A stretch of DNA of 64,000 nt from an uncultured Gemmatimonadales bacterium (GCA_963730915.1 CAVSTR010000004.1:407014-471013); one strand, 5' to 3'; positions 38,468 through 51,367 are shown, numbered from the stretch's first letter. Notes: generated by a model from the sequence alone, not told the origin. Made by a program: numbers and translations.

Positions 38468-39282
38468 GCTGTCACCTCGGGAATGGGAGTCGGCGCCTCT
38501 TCAACAGCACCTGGATTCTCGACTCTACGCATCAACTCCTGCGTCACCGACAGGTAACTCTTGGCGCCCACTGACTGGACGTCGTACAGGAGAATCGGCT
38601 TACCAAAACTCGGAGCTTCGGCCAGCCTCACATTTCTGGGAATCGGGGTCATAAAGACCTTCGCCCCGAAGTATTCCTTCGCGTCTTCGGCCACCTGCCG
38701 GCAGAGATTGAGCCTGGAATCGTACATGGTCAACAGGACTCCACTGATGGCGAGTCCAGGATTGAAGTTTTGTTGCACCAGACGCACGGTGTTGAGCAGC
38801 TGCGAGATTCCTTCCAACCCGTAGTACTCGCATTGAATCGGAATCAATACTGCGTTGGCGGCGGCGAGAACGTTCAGGGTGAGCAAGCCAAGCGAGGGAG
38901 GACAGTCGACGACGATGTAGTCGTACGAGTCCTGTAGCTGATCCAGCACATGGCGCAGCATTGCCTCACGATTGTCGCGCTCGACGAGCTGCAGCTCGGC
39001 GCCTACCAGGTCCTGCGTCGCCGGCAGCACGGAGAGAAACGGCAGAGCCCCGATCGAAAGTATGGAGTCAGCCGCGGGCCGGCCTTCTACCAGCGATTCG
39101 TACAGCGATAGCTCAACGGTCTCTTTGGCGATACCGACGCCGCTGGTTGCGTTGCCTTGCGGGTCCGCGTCGAGGAGTAATGTGCGTCGTTCGGCCATGG
39201 CGAGAGATGCCGCCACATTGACGGCGGTAGTCGTCTTGCCGACGCCGCCCTTTTGGTTCGCGATTGCTATGACATGGGCCAT
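38464..39282 (-). CDS. parA: Chromosome partitioning ATPase ParA/Soj
   Basis: Deviant Walker A: NQKGGVGKTTT. Confidence 0.92.
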   Translation of the reverse strand: MAHVIAIANQKGGVGKTTTAVNVAASLAMAERRTLLLDADPQGNATSGVGIAKETVELSLYESLVEGRPAADSILSIGALPFLSVLPATQDLVGAELQLVERDNREAMLRHVLDQLQDSYDYIVVDCPPSLGLLTLNVLAAANAVLIPIQCEYYGLEGISQLLNTVRLVQQNFNPGLAISGVLLTMYDSRLNLCRQVAEDAKEYFGAKVFMTPIPRNVRLAEAPSFGKPILLYDVQSVGAKSYLSVTQELMRRVENPGAVEEAPTPIPEVTA

Positions 39283-39431
39283 GATAGCGTTAGCCTCTAA
39301 AATGTTGTTATACCAGCACTTGACAGCTAACGGTGCGGCAGAGATGAATGACGAATCCCGATGTGACGTAGGAACAGCCCGAATATAGGTTTTTGTACGC
39401 TACGTGCAATGTTCTGCGCTCGGCGAGTATC

Positions 39432-39445
39432 GTTTCACGTGAAAC
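39432..39445. promoter_or_regulatory. parS centromere-like site (GTTTCACGTGAAAC)
   Basis: Matches the core of the canonical tGTTtCACGTGAAAca palindrome. Confidence 0.8.
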
Positions 39446-39744
39446 GGAACAGACCTCTGCGAAATTAAATCCTCTAGCCGTACACTTGAGCGAGAACGCG
39501 TTACGGCCCAGAGATCACTAACGAGGAACCAAAGGGGCCAAGATGCCTTGAAGCGGTTGCTGCGCTGCCACCCTGTAATCTCAGACATCACACCCTCGTC
39601 GAAAGTCGGACACAACGGGGCCGGTTAGACGTCGTCCTCCTTCCAACTCTTCTGATCGATGCAGGGTTGCTGTAAGGAGCGAAGGTATGGGACGAATGCG
39701 GGAGCTGCTCAACGACGGTATGGAACTACAGCGCGGTGCCGAAC

Positions 39745-39759
39745 TGTTTCACGTGAAAC
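39745..39759. promoter_or_regulatory. parS site (TGTTTCACGTGAAAC) overlapping the mnmG stop
   Basis: Same palindrome; it lies at the 3' end of mnmG. Confidence 0.8.
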
Positions 39760-41632
39760 TGGCGGGCTGCTCCTCCGGAAGTTTACGACGGGTGATTTCC
39801 ATCAGGAGGTTCTGAAGATCGCTGGGTGAGATCCCTGGGATTCTGCTGGCTTGCCCCAGTGTCAGCGGCTGCTGGACTTGGAGTCGCTCGCGGGCTTCGT
39901 ACGCCAGAGAAGAGAGGCCCAGATAGTCGATTCCAGGTGGCAACACGAACTGATCCAACTGCGCCAATCGGTCAGCGCTCGATCGCTCTTTGAGTAGGTA
40001 TCCGGCGTATTTGAATTCGATGTCTGCGGAAGCTACGGCCTCGTCCGAGGAATTGATCCCGACAGTTCGGAGGATAGCGGCCAACGGAACCTCCGGGCGC
40101 CGAGCCAGCTCCGAAAGCCGGAGTGGTGTGCCGAGCTGCGAAGAGTTGCAGCACTCGAGTAACCCGTGAGCTTCCGCGGGCGAGATCGATGTACCTTGTG
40201 CCAGATCTCGAAGTTCGTCCTCGGCGTTCATCCGAGCGGTCGCGACCTCCAGTTCCTCTGTCGTCAGCAGGCCGATTCTCTCGGCAAGCGGCGCCAGCCG
40301 CCTCAGCGCATTGTCCTGACGGAGGAGGAGGCGGTACTCAGATCTCGAGGTGAACAGCCGATAGGGTTCATCCACACCACGTGTCACAAGGTCGTCTATC
40401 ATGACGCCCAGGAAGGCTTCGTCCCGGCGGAGCACCACAGAATCCGTACCTAGTGCAGTTGCGGCAGCATTCAAACCCGCGATTGCTCCCTGCCCAGCAG
40501 CTTCCTCGTATCCCGTCGTGCCGTTCACCTGCCCGGCCAGGAACAAACCAGCGACCTGCTTCGACTCCAGCGTGGGCTTGAGGTGGATCGGTGGGAAGTA
40601 GTCGTACTCTATGGCGTACCCGGGCCGAGTCATGACCGCGGATTCGAGTCCGGCGATCGAGTGCAAGAATTCCAGTTGCACATCGGGTGGAAGAGACGTG
40701 GACAAGCCGTTCACATACATCTCGGACGTATCGAGCCCTTCGGGTTCCAGGAAGACCTGATGCTCCGGAGCGTCCGGGAACTTGACAATCTTATCCTCGA
40801 TGGAGGGACAGTATCGCGGGCCGCGTCCGCTGATCGCACCGCCGTAGAGAGCCGACTTCTGAAGATGCCGGAGAACGATCTCACGGAGCTCAGCACCTGT
40901 GCGTGTTAGGTAGCAGGGTAACTGGGAAGGATGGTGAGCACGCTCGAAGAATGAGAACCAGAACGACCCCTGATCTCCTTCCTGTCGCTGAAAGTTCGCC
41001 AGATCTATTGAACGCCCATCAATGCGTGGCGGCGTGCCCGTTTTAAAGCGTGCCATTTCGAACCCGAAGTCCTGAAACTGCTGCGCAAGCTCTGTTGACG
41101 GTGCCTCTCCAGCACGGCCGGCGGGGATTTCTGCATCTAAGCCCATGTGGATGCGGCCTCTGAGAAATGTTCCCGCAGTGAGGACCACAGCCGCAGCCTG
41201 GAAGATCCTACCGTCCAACGTTACGACACCATCAATACAGTTTTCGGACAGTCGGAGGCGTGCGACCGTACCCTGGGCAAAGGTTAGTTCCGATTGACGT
41301 TCGAGAAGCGCTCGAACTGCGCGACGGTAGAGCCCTCGGTCACACTGGGCTCGAGGCGACCAAACGGCGGGCCCCTTCGAGCGGTTTAGCATCCGGAACT
41401 GGATTCTCGAGCGATCCGTCGCCCGGCCCATAATTCCGCCGAGCGCATCTACCTCCCGCACGACGGTGCCCTTGGCAATCCCGCCGATCGCGGGATTGCA
41501 CGACATCTGACCTATGGTTTCGAGATTCTGGGTGAGCAGAAGCGTCTTGGCACCGCGGCGGGCGGCAAGAGTCGCCGCCTCGGCCCCAGCGTGGCCGCCA
41601 CCGATGACGATGACGTCGAACCGGGGGTTCAT
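39749..41632 (-). CDS. mnmG: tRNA uridine 5-carboxymethylaminomethyl modification enzyme MnmG (GidA)
   Basis: [16 protein letters not shown] and MSCNPAIGG. Start placed at the internal ATG at 41632. Confidence 0.92.
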   Translation of the reverse strand: MNPRFDVIVIGGGHAGAEAATLAARRGAKTLLLTQNLETIGQMSCNPAIGGIAKGTVVREVDALGGIMGRATDRSRIQFRMLNRSKGPAVWSPRAQCDRGLYRRAVRALLERQSELTFAQGTVARLRLSENCIDGVVTLDGRIFQAAAVVLTAGTFLRGRIHMGLDAEIPAGRAGEAPSTELAQQFQDFGFEMARFKTGTPPRIDGRSIDLANFQRQEGDQGSFWFSFFERAHHPSQLPCYLTRTGAELREIVLRHLQKSALYGGAISGRGPRYCPSIEDKIVKFPDAPEHQVFLEPEGLDTSEMYVNGLSTSLPPDVQLEFLHSIAGLESAVMTRPGYAIEYDYFPPIHLKPTLESKQVAGLFLAGQVNGTTGYEEAAGQGAIAGLNAAATALGTDSVVLRRDEAFLGVMIDDLVTRGVDEPYRLFTSRSEYRLLLRQDNALRRLAPLAERIGLLTTEELEVATARMNAEDELRDLAQGTSISPAEAHGLLECCNSSQLGTPLRLSELARRPEVPLAAILRTVGINSSDEAVASADIEFKYAGYLLKERSSADRLAQLDQFVLPPGIDYLGLSSLAYEARERLQVQQPLTLGQASRIPGISPSDLQNLLMEITRRKLPEEQPASFT

Positions 41633-41687
41633 AATGGATCTGCCTGGCTGGGAGTAGTCATCCACTACAGGGCTGCAAGCCCCGGCT

Positions 41688-41966
41688 TCACACCATCGAT
41701 CCCAATCGCGTGATCCGTACGACTTGTTCGGCCGGGATGACCAGGTGCTTGTGATCCGTTCGAATTCCGAACTTCGCGCTCTTGCTCACGTACTCGTCCC
41801 TCGAGCCACCGGCGGTGCTATCGTGCACTCCTACGTCCAGCATGTGCACTCCGCGCTCATCCTCGCTGTCGTATCGCCCAACGTATGTCAGCGGTCCATG
41901 CGTCTCGACCACGACGGTAATACCATGCAGCTCCGAGTGTCCGGGATGGAAAACATGTCCCGACAT
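41688..41966 (-). CDS. Small hypothetical protein (92 aa)
   Basis: Has a 1-nt overlap with the upstream bacilliredoxin gene. No family recognised. Confidence 0.55.
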   Translation of the reverse strand: MSGHVFHPGHSELHGITVVVETHGPLTYVGRYDSEDERGVHMLDVGVHDSTAGGSRDEYVSKSAKFGIRTDHKHLVIPAEQVVRITRLGSMV

Positions 41967-42397
41967 CAGGCTACGGGGGCGCCGAAGAACCGATCGAACG
42001 CCGCGGTGAGATCGGCAGCAATAGCCTGAGGAGACCTGCCTTCGATCTGGTGGCGGTGAACGAAATGCACGACCTCTCCGTCCCGAAGGAGTGCCATGGA
42101 TGGACTGCTGGGCTGATACTCACCGAAATACTGACGGGCACGGGCGACCGCATCGAGATCCTGGCCGGCGAAGACAGTCACTATCTGTTGTGGTAGAACG
42201 TTGTGTCGAAGCGCCAGGGCCAGGGCCGGCCGAGCGTTGCCGGCAGCACAGCCACACACCGAGTTGACGAAAACCAGCATCGACCCCTTCTGGTCTCCGA
42301 TTACGTCATCGACTTCCGCGGCGCTGGTGAGCTCCTTTGCGCCCATCCGAGTCATTTCGGTACGCATGGGGGCAACGAGGGCGGGATTATACGGCAT
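41966..42397 (-). CDS. Bacilliredoxin family protein (YphP/YqiW, DUF1094)
   Basis: FVNSVCGCAAGNARP with the CGC redox motif. Confidence 0.8.
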   Translation of the reverse strand: MPYNPALVAPMRTEMTRMGAKELTSAAEVDDVIGDQKGSMLVFVNSVCGCAAGNARPALALALRHNVLPQQIVTVFAGQDLDAVARARQYFGEYQPSSPSMALLRDGEVVHFVHRHQIEGRSPQAIAADLTAAFDRFFGAPVA

Positions 42398-42457
42398 CTC
42401 TTTGCTTCCTCTTCTTATAGTAGGCAGGGAGCAGACACTCCCCTCCAGTAGTTCAGT

Positions 42458-42907
42458 TTACTCCGTGGATACCACGGCGTCGGGCTGTTCCAGTGCTGCC
42501 TTCAATGCGTGCCAGGACAGGCTAGCGCATTTCACCCTGATCGGGAATTCAGACAACCCGGAGAACACCGCCAGCTTGCCCAGGGTTTCCGCTTCCTGCT
42601 GATCCAGCGTCCCAGTCACCAGACTCCGAAACCGCTCGAAGAGTGCCTCAGCCTCCGCCTGGGACTTGCCCTTCACAGCTGCGGTCATGAGTGAAGCCGA
42701 AGCCTTGGATATGGCGCACCCCGACCCCTGGAACGCGGCATCTTGAATCTTTCCGTCTTCCATTCTGAGCCAAACCGTCAGCCGGTCCCCACACAACGGA
42801 TTGTTGCCCTCAGCTCGGCGATTTGCGTCGACCATGCGCCGAAAGTTCTGCGGAGCACGGTTATGGTCCAGGATCATCTCTTGATACAAGCCAGCTAGAC
42901 TCGCCAT
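42458..42907 (-). CDS. sufU: SUF system NifU-type Fe-S scaffold/sulfur acceptor
   Basis: NPLCGD, GSGCAIS, and a C-terminal conserved Cys. Confidence 0.85.
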   Translation of the reverse strand: MASLAGLYQEMILDHNRAPQNFRRMVDANRRAEGNNPLCGDRLTVWLRMEDGKIQDAAFQGSGCAISKASASLMTAAVKGKSQAEAEALFERFRSLVTGTLDQQEAETLGKLAVFSGLSEFPIRVKCASLSWHALKAALEQPDAVVSTE

Positions 42908-44169
42908 TAACCAAACATCTTCTTGACAGTTCCAAGCCCAGTTACCAACGCATCCACTTCTTCGAGCGTGTTATAGAAGGCAAAGGATGCGCGGGCGGTT
43001 GCGGGGACACCGAATCGTTCCATCACTGGTTGGGCACAGTGGTGACCGGCACGTATGGCGATCCCCTCATTGTCCAGGATAGTTCCGATGTCATGAGGAT
43101 GAGCCTCATTCATAACAAAGCCAAGCACTCCGGCCTTGTGTTCCGCTGTGCCGATGATCCTGAGCCCCTCAATTTCACTTACCCGCTCGGTGGCATAGGC
43201 CAAGAGCTCATGTTCCCAAGACCCGATCCTCTCCAATCCTAGGGATTCGACATACTTCAGCGCAGCACCGAGCCCGGCAATCTGGGCGATCATCGGAGTG
43301 CCGGCCTCGAACTTTGCCGGAAGCGGTGCCCACGTCGACCCCTGTAAGGAAACTGTCGCGATCATGTCCCCGCCGCCCTGATATGGGGGCATCCGCTCTA
43401 ACAGATCTTCGCGACCATAGAGTACGCCAACGCCGGTGGGTCCAAACAGCTTGTGCCCGGAGAAGACGTAGAAATCGCAGTCCAGGTCCTGGACATCCAC
43501 GGACAGGTGCGGCGCGGCCTGCGCACCGTCAACCAACACTGGGATGCCCCGCTCGTGGGCCAACGCGACGATCGCCTTGACAGGATTGATCGTACCGAGA
43601 GCATTCGAGAGGTGAACCACTGCCACCAGTCTGGTGCGGGGTGTCAGGAGCTCCTCCAGCTCGGCCACGTCCAACTCACCCCGATCATTGATAGAGGCGG
43701 CTTTCAATTCCGCGCCTGTCTGCTCGCAGAGGAGCTGCCACGGAACGATGTTGGAGTGATGCTCCATCGCTGTGATTACGATGTCATCACCCGACTTCAG
43801 CTGCGGCCTACCATAACTCTGCGCAACGAGGTTAATGCCCTCGGTCGTCCCTTTGGTGAAGATGACTTGGCGGCTGGAAGGTGCGTTGATGAACCGGGTG
43901 ACATCCTCTCGCACTTCATCATACGCCGCAGTGGCTCTTTCACTGAGGTAGTGCACCCCCCGGTGAATATTGGCGTTCTCCGCCGTGTAGAAGCGGGTAA
44001 CTGCGTCGATGACACTTTGCGGCTTCTGACTCGTTGCCGCGTTATCGAGATAGACCAGGGGCTTCCCTCGAATTGTCCGGCCAAGGATGGGGAAGTCGGC
44101 TCGGACCCGCTCGAGATCGAACGGCGGCGACGAGCGGCCAATCAGCGGCGCTGCTGCCGCTGGGGTCAC
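42907..44169 (-). CDS. sufS: Cysteine desulfurase, SufS subfamily
   Basis: PLP Lys context SGHKL and active-site HHCAQP. Confidence 0.9.
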   Translation of the reverse strand: MTPAAAAPLIGRSSPPFDLERVRADFPILGRTIRGKPLVYLDNAATSQKPQSVIDAVTRFYTAENANIHRGVHYLSERATAAYDEVREDVTRFINAPSSRQVIFTKGTTEGINLVAQSYGRPQLKSGDDIVITAMEHHSNIVPWQLLCEQTGAELKAASINDRGELDVAELEELLTPRTRLVAVVHLSNALGTINPVKAIVALAHERGIPVLVDGAQAAPHLSVDVQDLDCDFYVFSGHKLFGPTGVGVLYGREDLLERMPPYQGGGDMIATVSLQGSTWAPLPAKFEAGTPMIAQIAGLGAALKYVESLGLERIGSWEHELLAYATERVSEIEGLRIIGTAEHKAGVLGFVMNEAHPHDIGTILDNEGIAIRAGHHCAQPVMERFGVPATARASFAFYNTLEEVDALVTGLGTVKKMFG

Positions 44170-45473
44170 AGGGCCACCAGGCGTTCACGGACCAGTCGTT
44201 CCAGTTCCTCGCGGACAGGTTCCAGAGCCACCTCGGATGTCACCTCGGCTGCGAAGGCGTAGGTAAGAAGGAGCTGCGCTACGGCGGATGGCAGGCCACG
44301 GCTCCGGGCGTAGAAGAGCGCGATGTCATCGAGCCGTCCTACCGTTGCCCCATGGGTGCATTTCACGTCATCCGCAAAAATCTCGAGCTGCGGCTTCGTG
44401 TCTACCTTCGCTTCATCGCTGAGCAGCAGGTTCCGGTTTGTCTGCTTTGCATCGGTCTTCTGCGCCTCAGGCTTGACGAACACCTTCCCGTTGAACACGG
44501 CCCGGGAGTGCCCATCCAGGACGCCTTTGTAAACCTCCCAGCTTCGGCAATTCGGCTGATTGTGATGGATTGCGGTGTGGTTATCCACCACCTGGTGCCC
44601 GCGAGTGAGGTAGAGCCCGTACATGAGGGTCTCGACGTTCTCACCGTTGAGCCGCGCCGTGAGATTGTGCCGAGCCAGGGCTCCGCCCATAGCCAGGGAG
44701 AAGGACCGGTAATGACTGTCGCGGTCCTGTTCCACGTGTGTCAGCCCGACGTGATAGGCCCGCTCGCTCTCTCGTTGGATCCGGGTGTGTTCGATCCAGG
44801 AGTTCGCGCCCGCCACGACTTCGGTTACCGCATTGGTCCAGTAACTGACTCCCTCAGCCAGCGTCACGTAGCTCTCGATGACGGACGCCCGTGCACCCGC
44901 TTCGACAACGAGCAGGTTGCGAGGATGAGTCACCGCGCCGGCAGCCTTGGATGTGCTGACGAAGACCATGTGGACTGGACGTGCCAATTCGACGTTACGC
45001 GGAACGTGCAAAAAGCCGCCCTCACGCATGAACGCCGTGCTGAGAGCCGTAAACGGACTCGCCTCGATCGGTGCGTGCCGAGCGAGGTGTCGCTCGAGGA
45101 ACTGACTGTCTGACCTGAGTGCCTCGGACAGACTTCCAACCCGAATGCCGTGATCGAGCATGCTCGTGGAGCTCAACGCTTGGCTGAATGCCCCGTCCAC
45201 GAACACCAGGGTTGTCCATTCCGGGTGACCGAAAATGAAGGGCGCGAGGTCCTTGCGGGTAACGTCATGAGCCGAACCGCTGGAATGCCGCCAGGATGCC
45301 TTTGCGATCGGGGCGATCGGCGTGAAGCGCCATTCCTCGTCTCGACTCGTCGGAAATCCCGTGAGCGCAAACCGATCGATTGCAGACCGGCGCAATGCGT
45401 CGAGCCACTCTGGGGCGTCAGGGGTGGCGGTGCCCTCCCGGGTGCCGAAGTCCTGCAGGTAAGCCTGGGTCAC
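44166..45473 (-). CDS. sufD: Fe-S cluster assembly protein SufD
   Basis: SufBD beta-helix C-terminal block (GATVGRLD). The GTG start overlaps the sufC stop. Confidence 0.85.
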   Translation of the reverse strand: MTQAYLQDFGTREGTATPDAPEWLDALRRSAIDRFALTGFPTSRDEEWRFTPIAPIAKASWRHSSGSAHDVTRKDLAPFIFGHPEWTTLVFVDGAFSQALSSTSMLDHGIRVGSLSEALRSDSQFLERHLARHAPIEASPFTALSTAFMREGGFLHVPRNVELARPVHMVFVSTSKAAGAVTHPRNLLVVEAGARASVIESYVTLAEGVSYWTNAVTEVVAGANSWIEHTRIQRESERAYHVGLTHVEQDRDSHYRSFSLAMGGALARHNLTARLNGENVETLMYGLYLTRGHQVVDNHTAIHHNQPNCRSWEVYKGVLDGHSRAVFNGKVFVKPEAQKTDAKQTNRNLLLSDEAKVDTKPQLEIFADDVKCTHGATVGRLDDIALFYARSRGLPSAVAQLLLTYAFAAEVTSEVALEPVREELERLVRERLVAL

Positions 45474-46240
45474 AAAGCCGCCCCAACCTCCTGCTCCAGC
45501 CACTCGTAGCCCTTGGCCTCCAGCTCGAATGCCAGGTCTTTGCCACCTGACTTCACGATCCTGCCGCCCGACAGAACGTGAACTCGATCAGGGACGATGT
45601 AGTTGAGGAGCCTCTGATAGTGGGTCACCACGATGGTAGCCCTGTCCGGCCGTCGAAGGGTGTTTACCCCGCTGGCAACGATCCGGAGGGCGTCGATATC
45701 CAGTCCCGAGTCGGTCTCATCCAGGATTGCGAGCGTCGGCTCGAGAACAGCCATTTGGAGGATTTCGTTTCGCTTTTTTTCGCCGCCAGAAAACCCTGAA
45801 TTCACGGCGCGGCTCATGATCTCGGGTCCCCATTCCACCAACCGCAGCTTGTCCTCCAGCAGGTCCAGAAAGTCCATCGAGTCTACTTCCTCGAGCCCTT
45901 TAGCCTTCCGGATCTCGTTGTATGCGGCGCGCAGGAAGTAGGCATTGCTGATTCCGGGAATCTCCACCGGATACTGAAACGCCAGAAAGACTCCCGCCTG
46001 AGCCCGCTCTTCCGGATCCATGTCGAGGAGGTCCTGGCCCAGATACCGGACCTCTCCAGCGGTAACCTCATACGCAGGGTGCCCAGCCAGCACTTGAGCC
46101 AGGGTGCTCTTTCCTGATCCGTTGGGCCCCATAACCGCGTGGACCTCTCCGGCATTCACGGTCAAGTCAATGCCTTTGAGAATTTCCTTCTCGCCGGCGT
46201 TGGCCCGAAGGCCTCGTATCTCGAGCAATGTCTTCTCCAT
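45470..46240 (-). CDS. sufC: Fe-S cluster assembly ATPase SufC
   Basis: GPNGSGKST, SGGEKKR, ILDETDSGLD. Confidence 0.92.
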   Translation of the reverse strand: MEKTLLEIRGLRANAGEKEILKGIDLTVNAGEVHAVMGPNGSGKSTLAQVLAGHPAYEVTAGEVRYLGQDLLDMDPEERAQAGVFLAFQYPVEIPGISNAYFLRAAYNEIRKAKGLEEVDSMDFLDLLEDKLRLVEWGPEIMSRAVNSGFSGGEKKRNEILQMAVLEPTLAILDETDSGLDIDALRIVASGVNTLRRPDRATIVVTHYQRLLNYIVPDRVHVLSGGRIVKSGGKDLAFELEAKGYEWLEQEVGAAL

Positions 46241-46241
46241 T

Positions 46242-47677
<1,436 letters not shown>

Positions 47678-47681
<4 letters not shown>

Positions 47682-48403
47682 GCGCTCTCCTGAGACTCGG
47701 AGGAAAGACGAGACGTCTCGTCCGCCCCCGCTGAACCTGCATTGCCGAAGTGCACGCGGTACTCGCATGCGCTGCAGCCACTCAAGATGTGTCCACGGCG
47801 GTCCACATCCGCACCGAGTGCCGCCGCGAGGAACCTCGCCTCAGCGGCACAGATCTCTGGGAATCGTTCGGCTACTGCCTGCACCGCACAATTGTGCTCG
47901 ATGAGAGTACCGCCATCACCGGAAGCAGTACCCTCCGCCATGTATCCTTCGTCCGACAGCAGCTTGGCCACAGCCGCCATCCGCTCGGATGGTGGGGCTC
48001 CGGCGAGCTCCTGGCCGAGGCGATGAGCCAGGGCATCGTAGCGTGCTTCGAGCACTGCCACGGCTGATTCACGGCCGTCTCTCCGGACCACGTAGTCGAG
48101 TAGCTCGGTCAGCGTGGCTTCGTATCGTCTAGGAAAGAGCGCCTCACCGGCGGGGCTCAAACGATAGGCGAAAGTTGGAGCGCCGACCCCTCTGTGCTCC
48201 CGCTCATACTCCACCAGCGAATCTGCCTCTAACTCTTTGAGGTGGTGCCGTACGGCGTTCAGGGATGTTCCCAACCGGGTCGCAAGCTCCTTGGCCGTAA
48301 GGCGATTGGCTCTCTTTAGTTCAATGAGAACCATGCCCCGCGCGCCGCGGAGTCCGATAGGCAATGAGCCGCTGAAGGGGACTGCTGACGGATGAGCGTC
48401 CAT
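47678..48403 (-). CDS. sufR: SufR-like winged-helix (ArsR/DeoR-type) regulator with C-terminal Cys cluster
   Basis: HTH region [26 protein letters not shown]-terminal cysteines [17 protein letters not shown]. It is the first gene of the suf operon. Confidence 0.7.
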
Positions 48404-48634
48404 GAAGCGAAATCATAAGTGATTTAGTCGGGATTGTCAATTCGCGTGGAAAGTTGGTGTGAACTCCTAAGCTACGTAGCTCTATTTACTTAACTAGCGT
48501 AAGCTGCCATCCGATCGTGTGCGCTGGAAGGCGGTTAAGTAGTAGTGATTCAAACTCCCTCTGGTCCACCGCAGTACTTTTTCACATATTCCGGCAGAGG
48601 CTGTCCTCTGAACACCAGCTCCGCCAAGGGAAAA

Positions 48635-49204
48635 ATGACCATCCACCGCATCCGGCTTCTCGGTGATCCCATCCTCCGGGCCAAATGCGAGCCCATTACC
48701 AAGCCAAAGTCCACCGCGGTCCGGGTCATCATGGACGATATGCGAGAGACGCTTCGGGATTGGCAATCGCGTTTCGGGAGCGGGCGAGCGATCGCAGCGC
48801 CCCAAATCGGGGCACCGGTACGCATGGTCTATGTCGAGATGGATCAGCCGTGGACGCTGATAAATCCCGAGATCGTGGACATCGGGAACGAGGACTTCGA
48901 GGTCTGGGATGACTGCTTCTCCTTCCCGAACCTCCTGGTCAGGGTTTCGAGGGCGTACAGGATCAGGGTCAGATATCAGGATTTAAAGGGAGAGTGGACT
49001 GAAGTGGAGGTCGAGGGTGACCGGGCAGAGCTCCTCCAACACGAGATCGACCATATAGATGGCGTGCTCGCAGTTGATCGGCCACACGGCCTTGACCCCT
49101 TTTGCCTGCGTGAAGAATGGCATCGGCTGCACGGCCCGAACGGACGGTACGGCCCACCGGAGCCGAGATCCGAATCGTACGCCAGTCAGCTCATGGACGG
49201 CTGA
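48635..49204 (+). CDS. def: Peptide deformylase
   Basis: GRAIAAPQIG, a DDCFSFP variant of the EGCLS motif, and HEIDH. Confidence 0.88.
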   Translation: MTIHRIRLLGDPILRAKCEPITKPKSTAVRVIMDDMRETLRDWQSRFGSGRAIAAPQIGAPVRMVYVEMDQPWTLINPEIVDIGNEDFEVWDDCFSFPNLLVRVSRAYRIRVRYQDLKGEWTEVEVEGDRAELLQHEIDHIDGVLAVDRPHGLDPFCLREEWHRLHGPNGRYGPPEPRSESYASQLMDG

Positions 49205-49216
49205 CTAGGAGGGGCC

Positions 49217-51271
49217 TTAGAACCACCTTCCCAGCCGGACGAACACGGCGCCCCGTCCCGTACTCGCCACTCCATACTCGACCCGCACCGGTCCGACCGG
49301 CGTGTGAGCTCCTACACCCGCTCGGACCCCTGTTAGCCATCCGGCCGATTGCACGAGGGATCCTCCGTTTCCGGTCCGGCCAGTGACCAATTCCACGCGG
49401 GCCACAAATGGCCCCGTGAGATCATAGGTCAGCATCAACCCCACCAGCGCCTCTCGATCGCCACGGCGCTCCCCCAGGTGCAGGCCCGGGAAACCGTCCT
49501 CACCGCCGAGCGCGAATTCGGATTGCAAGGGCAGTCCATCTCCCCAGCCCAGTCGGAGTCGGGGTAGGATCTGGAATCGGCCGCGACGGAGGGATCCAGT
49601 AAACTGCGCTGAGGCCTTATGGTAAACACCGGTCCACAACAATCCGGCCTGTACCAACGGGATCCGCGAAGGACTGACTTTCATCGCGCGCACTTCCAGG
49701 CCTGCGGTAGATAGGTCCCTCCCCGGCTCATGCCATGCGTGCCCTATCAGTCCGGCTCCCAGCTCCCAATCCGGGTGGAGGGCTCGTTCCAAGCCAAGAA
49801 ATACAAGTGCTTCGCGGGCGTGGCCGGAGCTCAGCTCGTCACCTTCTGAGCTGAATCGACGGACCTGATCCAGCGCAAAGCGCGCCGTGAGCGTTGGCGT
49901 CATGAGCTGTCGGCCCAGTTGATAACTCCTTCTGACGCCGAGCAACAGCTCCTGCCGGAAGTCACCCAGGAGCAGCGCCGTACTGCCTTCGAGAGCAAGA
50001 TCGAAGAGTCGCTGCTCCACAGCGCCTGCCCACATGCGGCCACCCAACTCGTTGTCATAGGCGAGCCCAAGGCCCACCACTCGTCGTGCCGCGCGCTGAA
50101 CCGTGACGTGGAAGGAGACGGAATCGCCGGCCCCTCGAGGAGAAAGCCAGACCGTTCGAAACGCATCCGACTGACCCAAGTTTTGAATGCGGCCCCTCAG
50201 GAGTGAGACATCCAGTGTGTCGTTCGCTTCGAGTCCGAGAAGCCTCCTGAGGGCGAGGCGCTCAGATGCGTTGGAGCTTGCGAATGTCAGACTGCTCGTT
50301 CGGACAGGAAGTGCGGGGGGCGCCTCCCGAGCTGGTGCACTGCGAACGCAGGTTGCACGCGGCAGCACCGTGTCTGCCGCGGCCACGCCGTTGCGTATCA
50401 ACTGATCAACTCGCGCGGGGGAGAAGTTCAGGCTGGTGAAGCCGTCCACCATCGGCCGGACAAGTACGTCACCTTGCCGCAGGGAATCCCCTGGTTGGTG
50501 AAAAAGAAACCCGAGGAGACGGTCAGCGAGAACGAGGGGTGAATAAAGATCCAGGGAATCTGATAATTGCTCGGTAGCGTCCGAGACGATGACTCGCTCG
50601 GCGCCTGCCTGTCGGGCCACCGCTATGGGTATGTTGGCCGACAGCCCTCCATCCGCGAGCAGTCTGCCATCCAGTGACTCGGGGGAAAAGATGAGAGGGA
50701 TGGCAAAGCTCGCCCTGACGGCCTGGGCCAGGTCCCCTCTGGCAATTACAACAGCCTGCCGGTCCGCCAAATCTGTGGCCACGGCACGAAACGGGGTCGG
50801 CAATGCGTCGAAGTCCCCGCGTGCGAGCAGGTTGCCCCTGAGCATCGCAGCATTGACCAACGCGTTGACCTCCGGCTCGCGAATGCTCGCTGTCTGCAGA
50901 ATGAAGCGGCCGGTGCCTTGCTCCAGTAGTATGAGCGGCTGAACAAGGCCGAGCGATCGCGGCGCTCTCGGCTGATACGTTCGAAACAGACCGCCGATCG
51001 GGAGGGCTCTGGCGAGCGAATCGATCTCACGTGCCGTGTAGCCGCTGGCGTACATGCCGCCGATCATAGCTCCCATGCTGGTGCCCACGACGAGATCGGG
51101 GCGTATTCCCAGACTGTCCAGTACACGGAGCACCCCGATGTGGGCCAGGCCCTTGGCACCGCCACCGGACAGAACCAGCGCTGTTCTCGGTGGAGAGCAC
51201 GCCTGCGCCGTGAGCGGCCGCGGTGCCAGGAGAAATGCGAGCAGGAGCGTGAGGCGCGACATGAAGAGCAA
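49217..51271 (-). CDS. Patatin-like phospholipase fused to a surface-antigen (Omp85-type) beta-barrel (PlpD-like)
   Basis: Signal peptide, GGGAKG, GTSMG, DGG, and a C-terminal beta-barrel ending in ..RLGRWF. Confidence 0.85.
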   Translation of the reverse strand: MLFMSRLTLLLAFLLAPRPLTAQACSPPRTALVLSGGGAKGLAHIGVLRVLDSLGIRPDLVVGTSMGAMIGGMYASGYTAREIDSLARALPIGGLFRTYQPRAPRSLGLVQPLILLEQGTGRFILQTASIREPEVNALVNAAMLRGNLLARGDFDALPTPFRAVATDLADRQAVVIARGDLAQAVRASFAIPLIFSPESLDGRLLADGGLSANIPIAVARQAGAERVIVSDATEQLSDSLDLYSPLVLADRLLGFLFHQPGDSLRQGDVLVRPMVDGFTSLNFSPARVDQLIRNGVAAADTVLPRATCVRSAPAREAPPALPVRTSSLTFASSNASERLALRRLLGLEANDTLDVSLLRGRIQNLGQSDAFRTVWLSPRGAGDSVSFHVTVQRAARRVVGLGLAYDNELGGRMWAGAVEQRLFDLALEGSTALLLGDFRQELLLGVRRSYQLGRQLMTPTLTARFALDQVRRFSSEGDELSSGHAREALVFLGLERALHPDWELGAGLIGHAWHEPGRDLSTAGLEVRAMKVSPSRIPLVQAGLLWTGVYHKASAQFTGSLRRGRFQILPRLRLGWGDGLPLQSEFALGGEDGFPGLHLGERRGDREALVGLMLTYDLTGPFVARVELVTGRTGNGGSLVQSAGWLTGVRAGVGAHTPVGPVRVEYGVASTGRGAVFVRLGRWF

Positions 51272-51367
51272 AACTAAGGGTGAGCGTCGGCCCTTGCGTC
51301 CTCACAGCACACTTCGTATACCTTTTCGAGTGCGAAGTCGGCTCTCACGAAGGGGAGGAGTGGTAGC

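Noticed and set aside
39283-39748. Chromosomal replication origin (oriC) next to parAB.
   Set aside because: I could not find clustered TTATCCACA-like DnaA boxes or an AT-rich unwinding element. Only the two parS palindromes stand out.
39687-39815. 42-codon plus-strand ORF with an AAGGAG-like RBS ([28 protein letters not shown]..).
   Set aside because: It runs antisense into the 3' end of mnmG and reads through the parS palindrome. There is no supporting feature.
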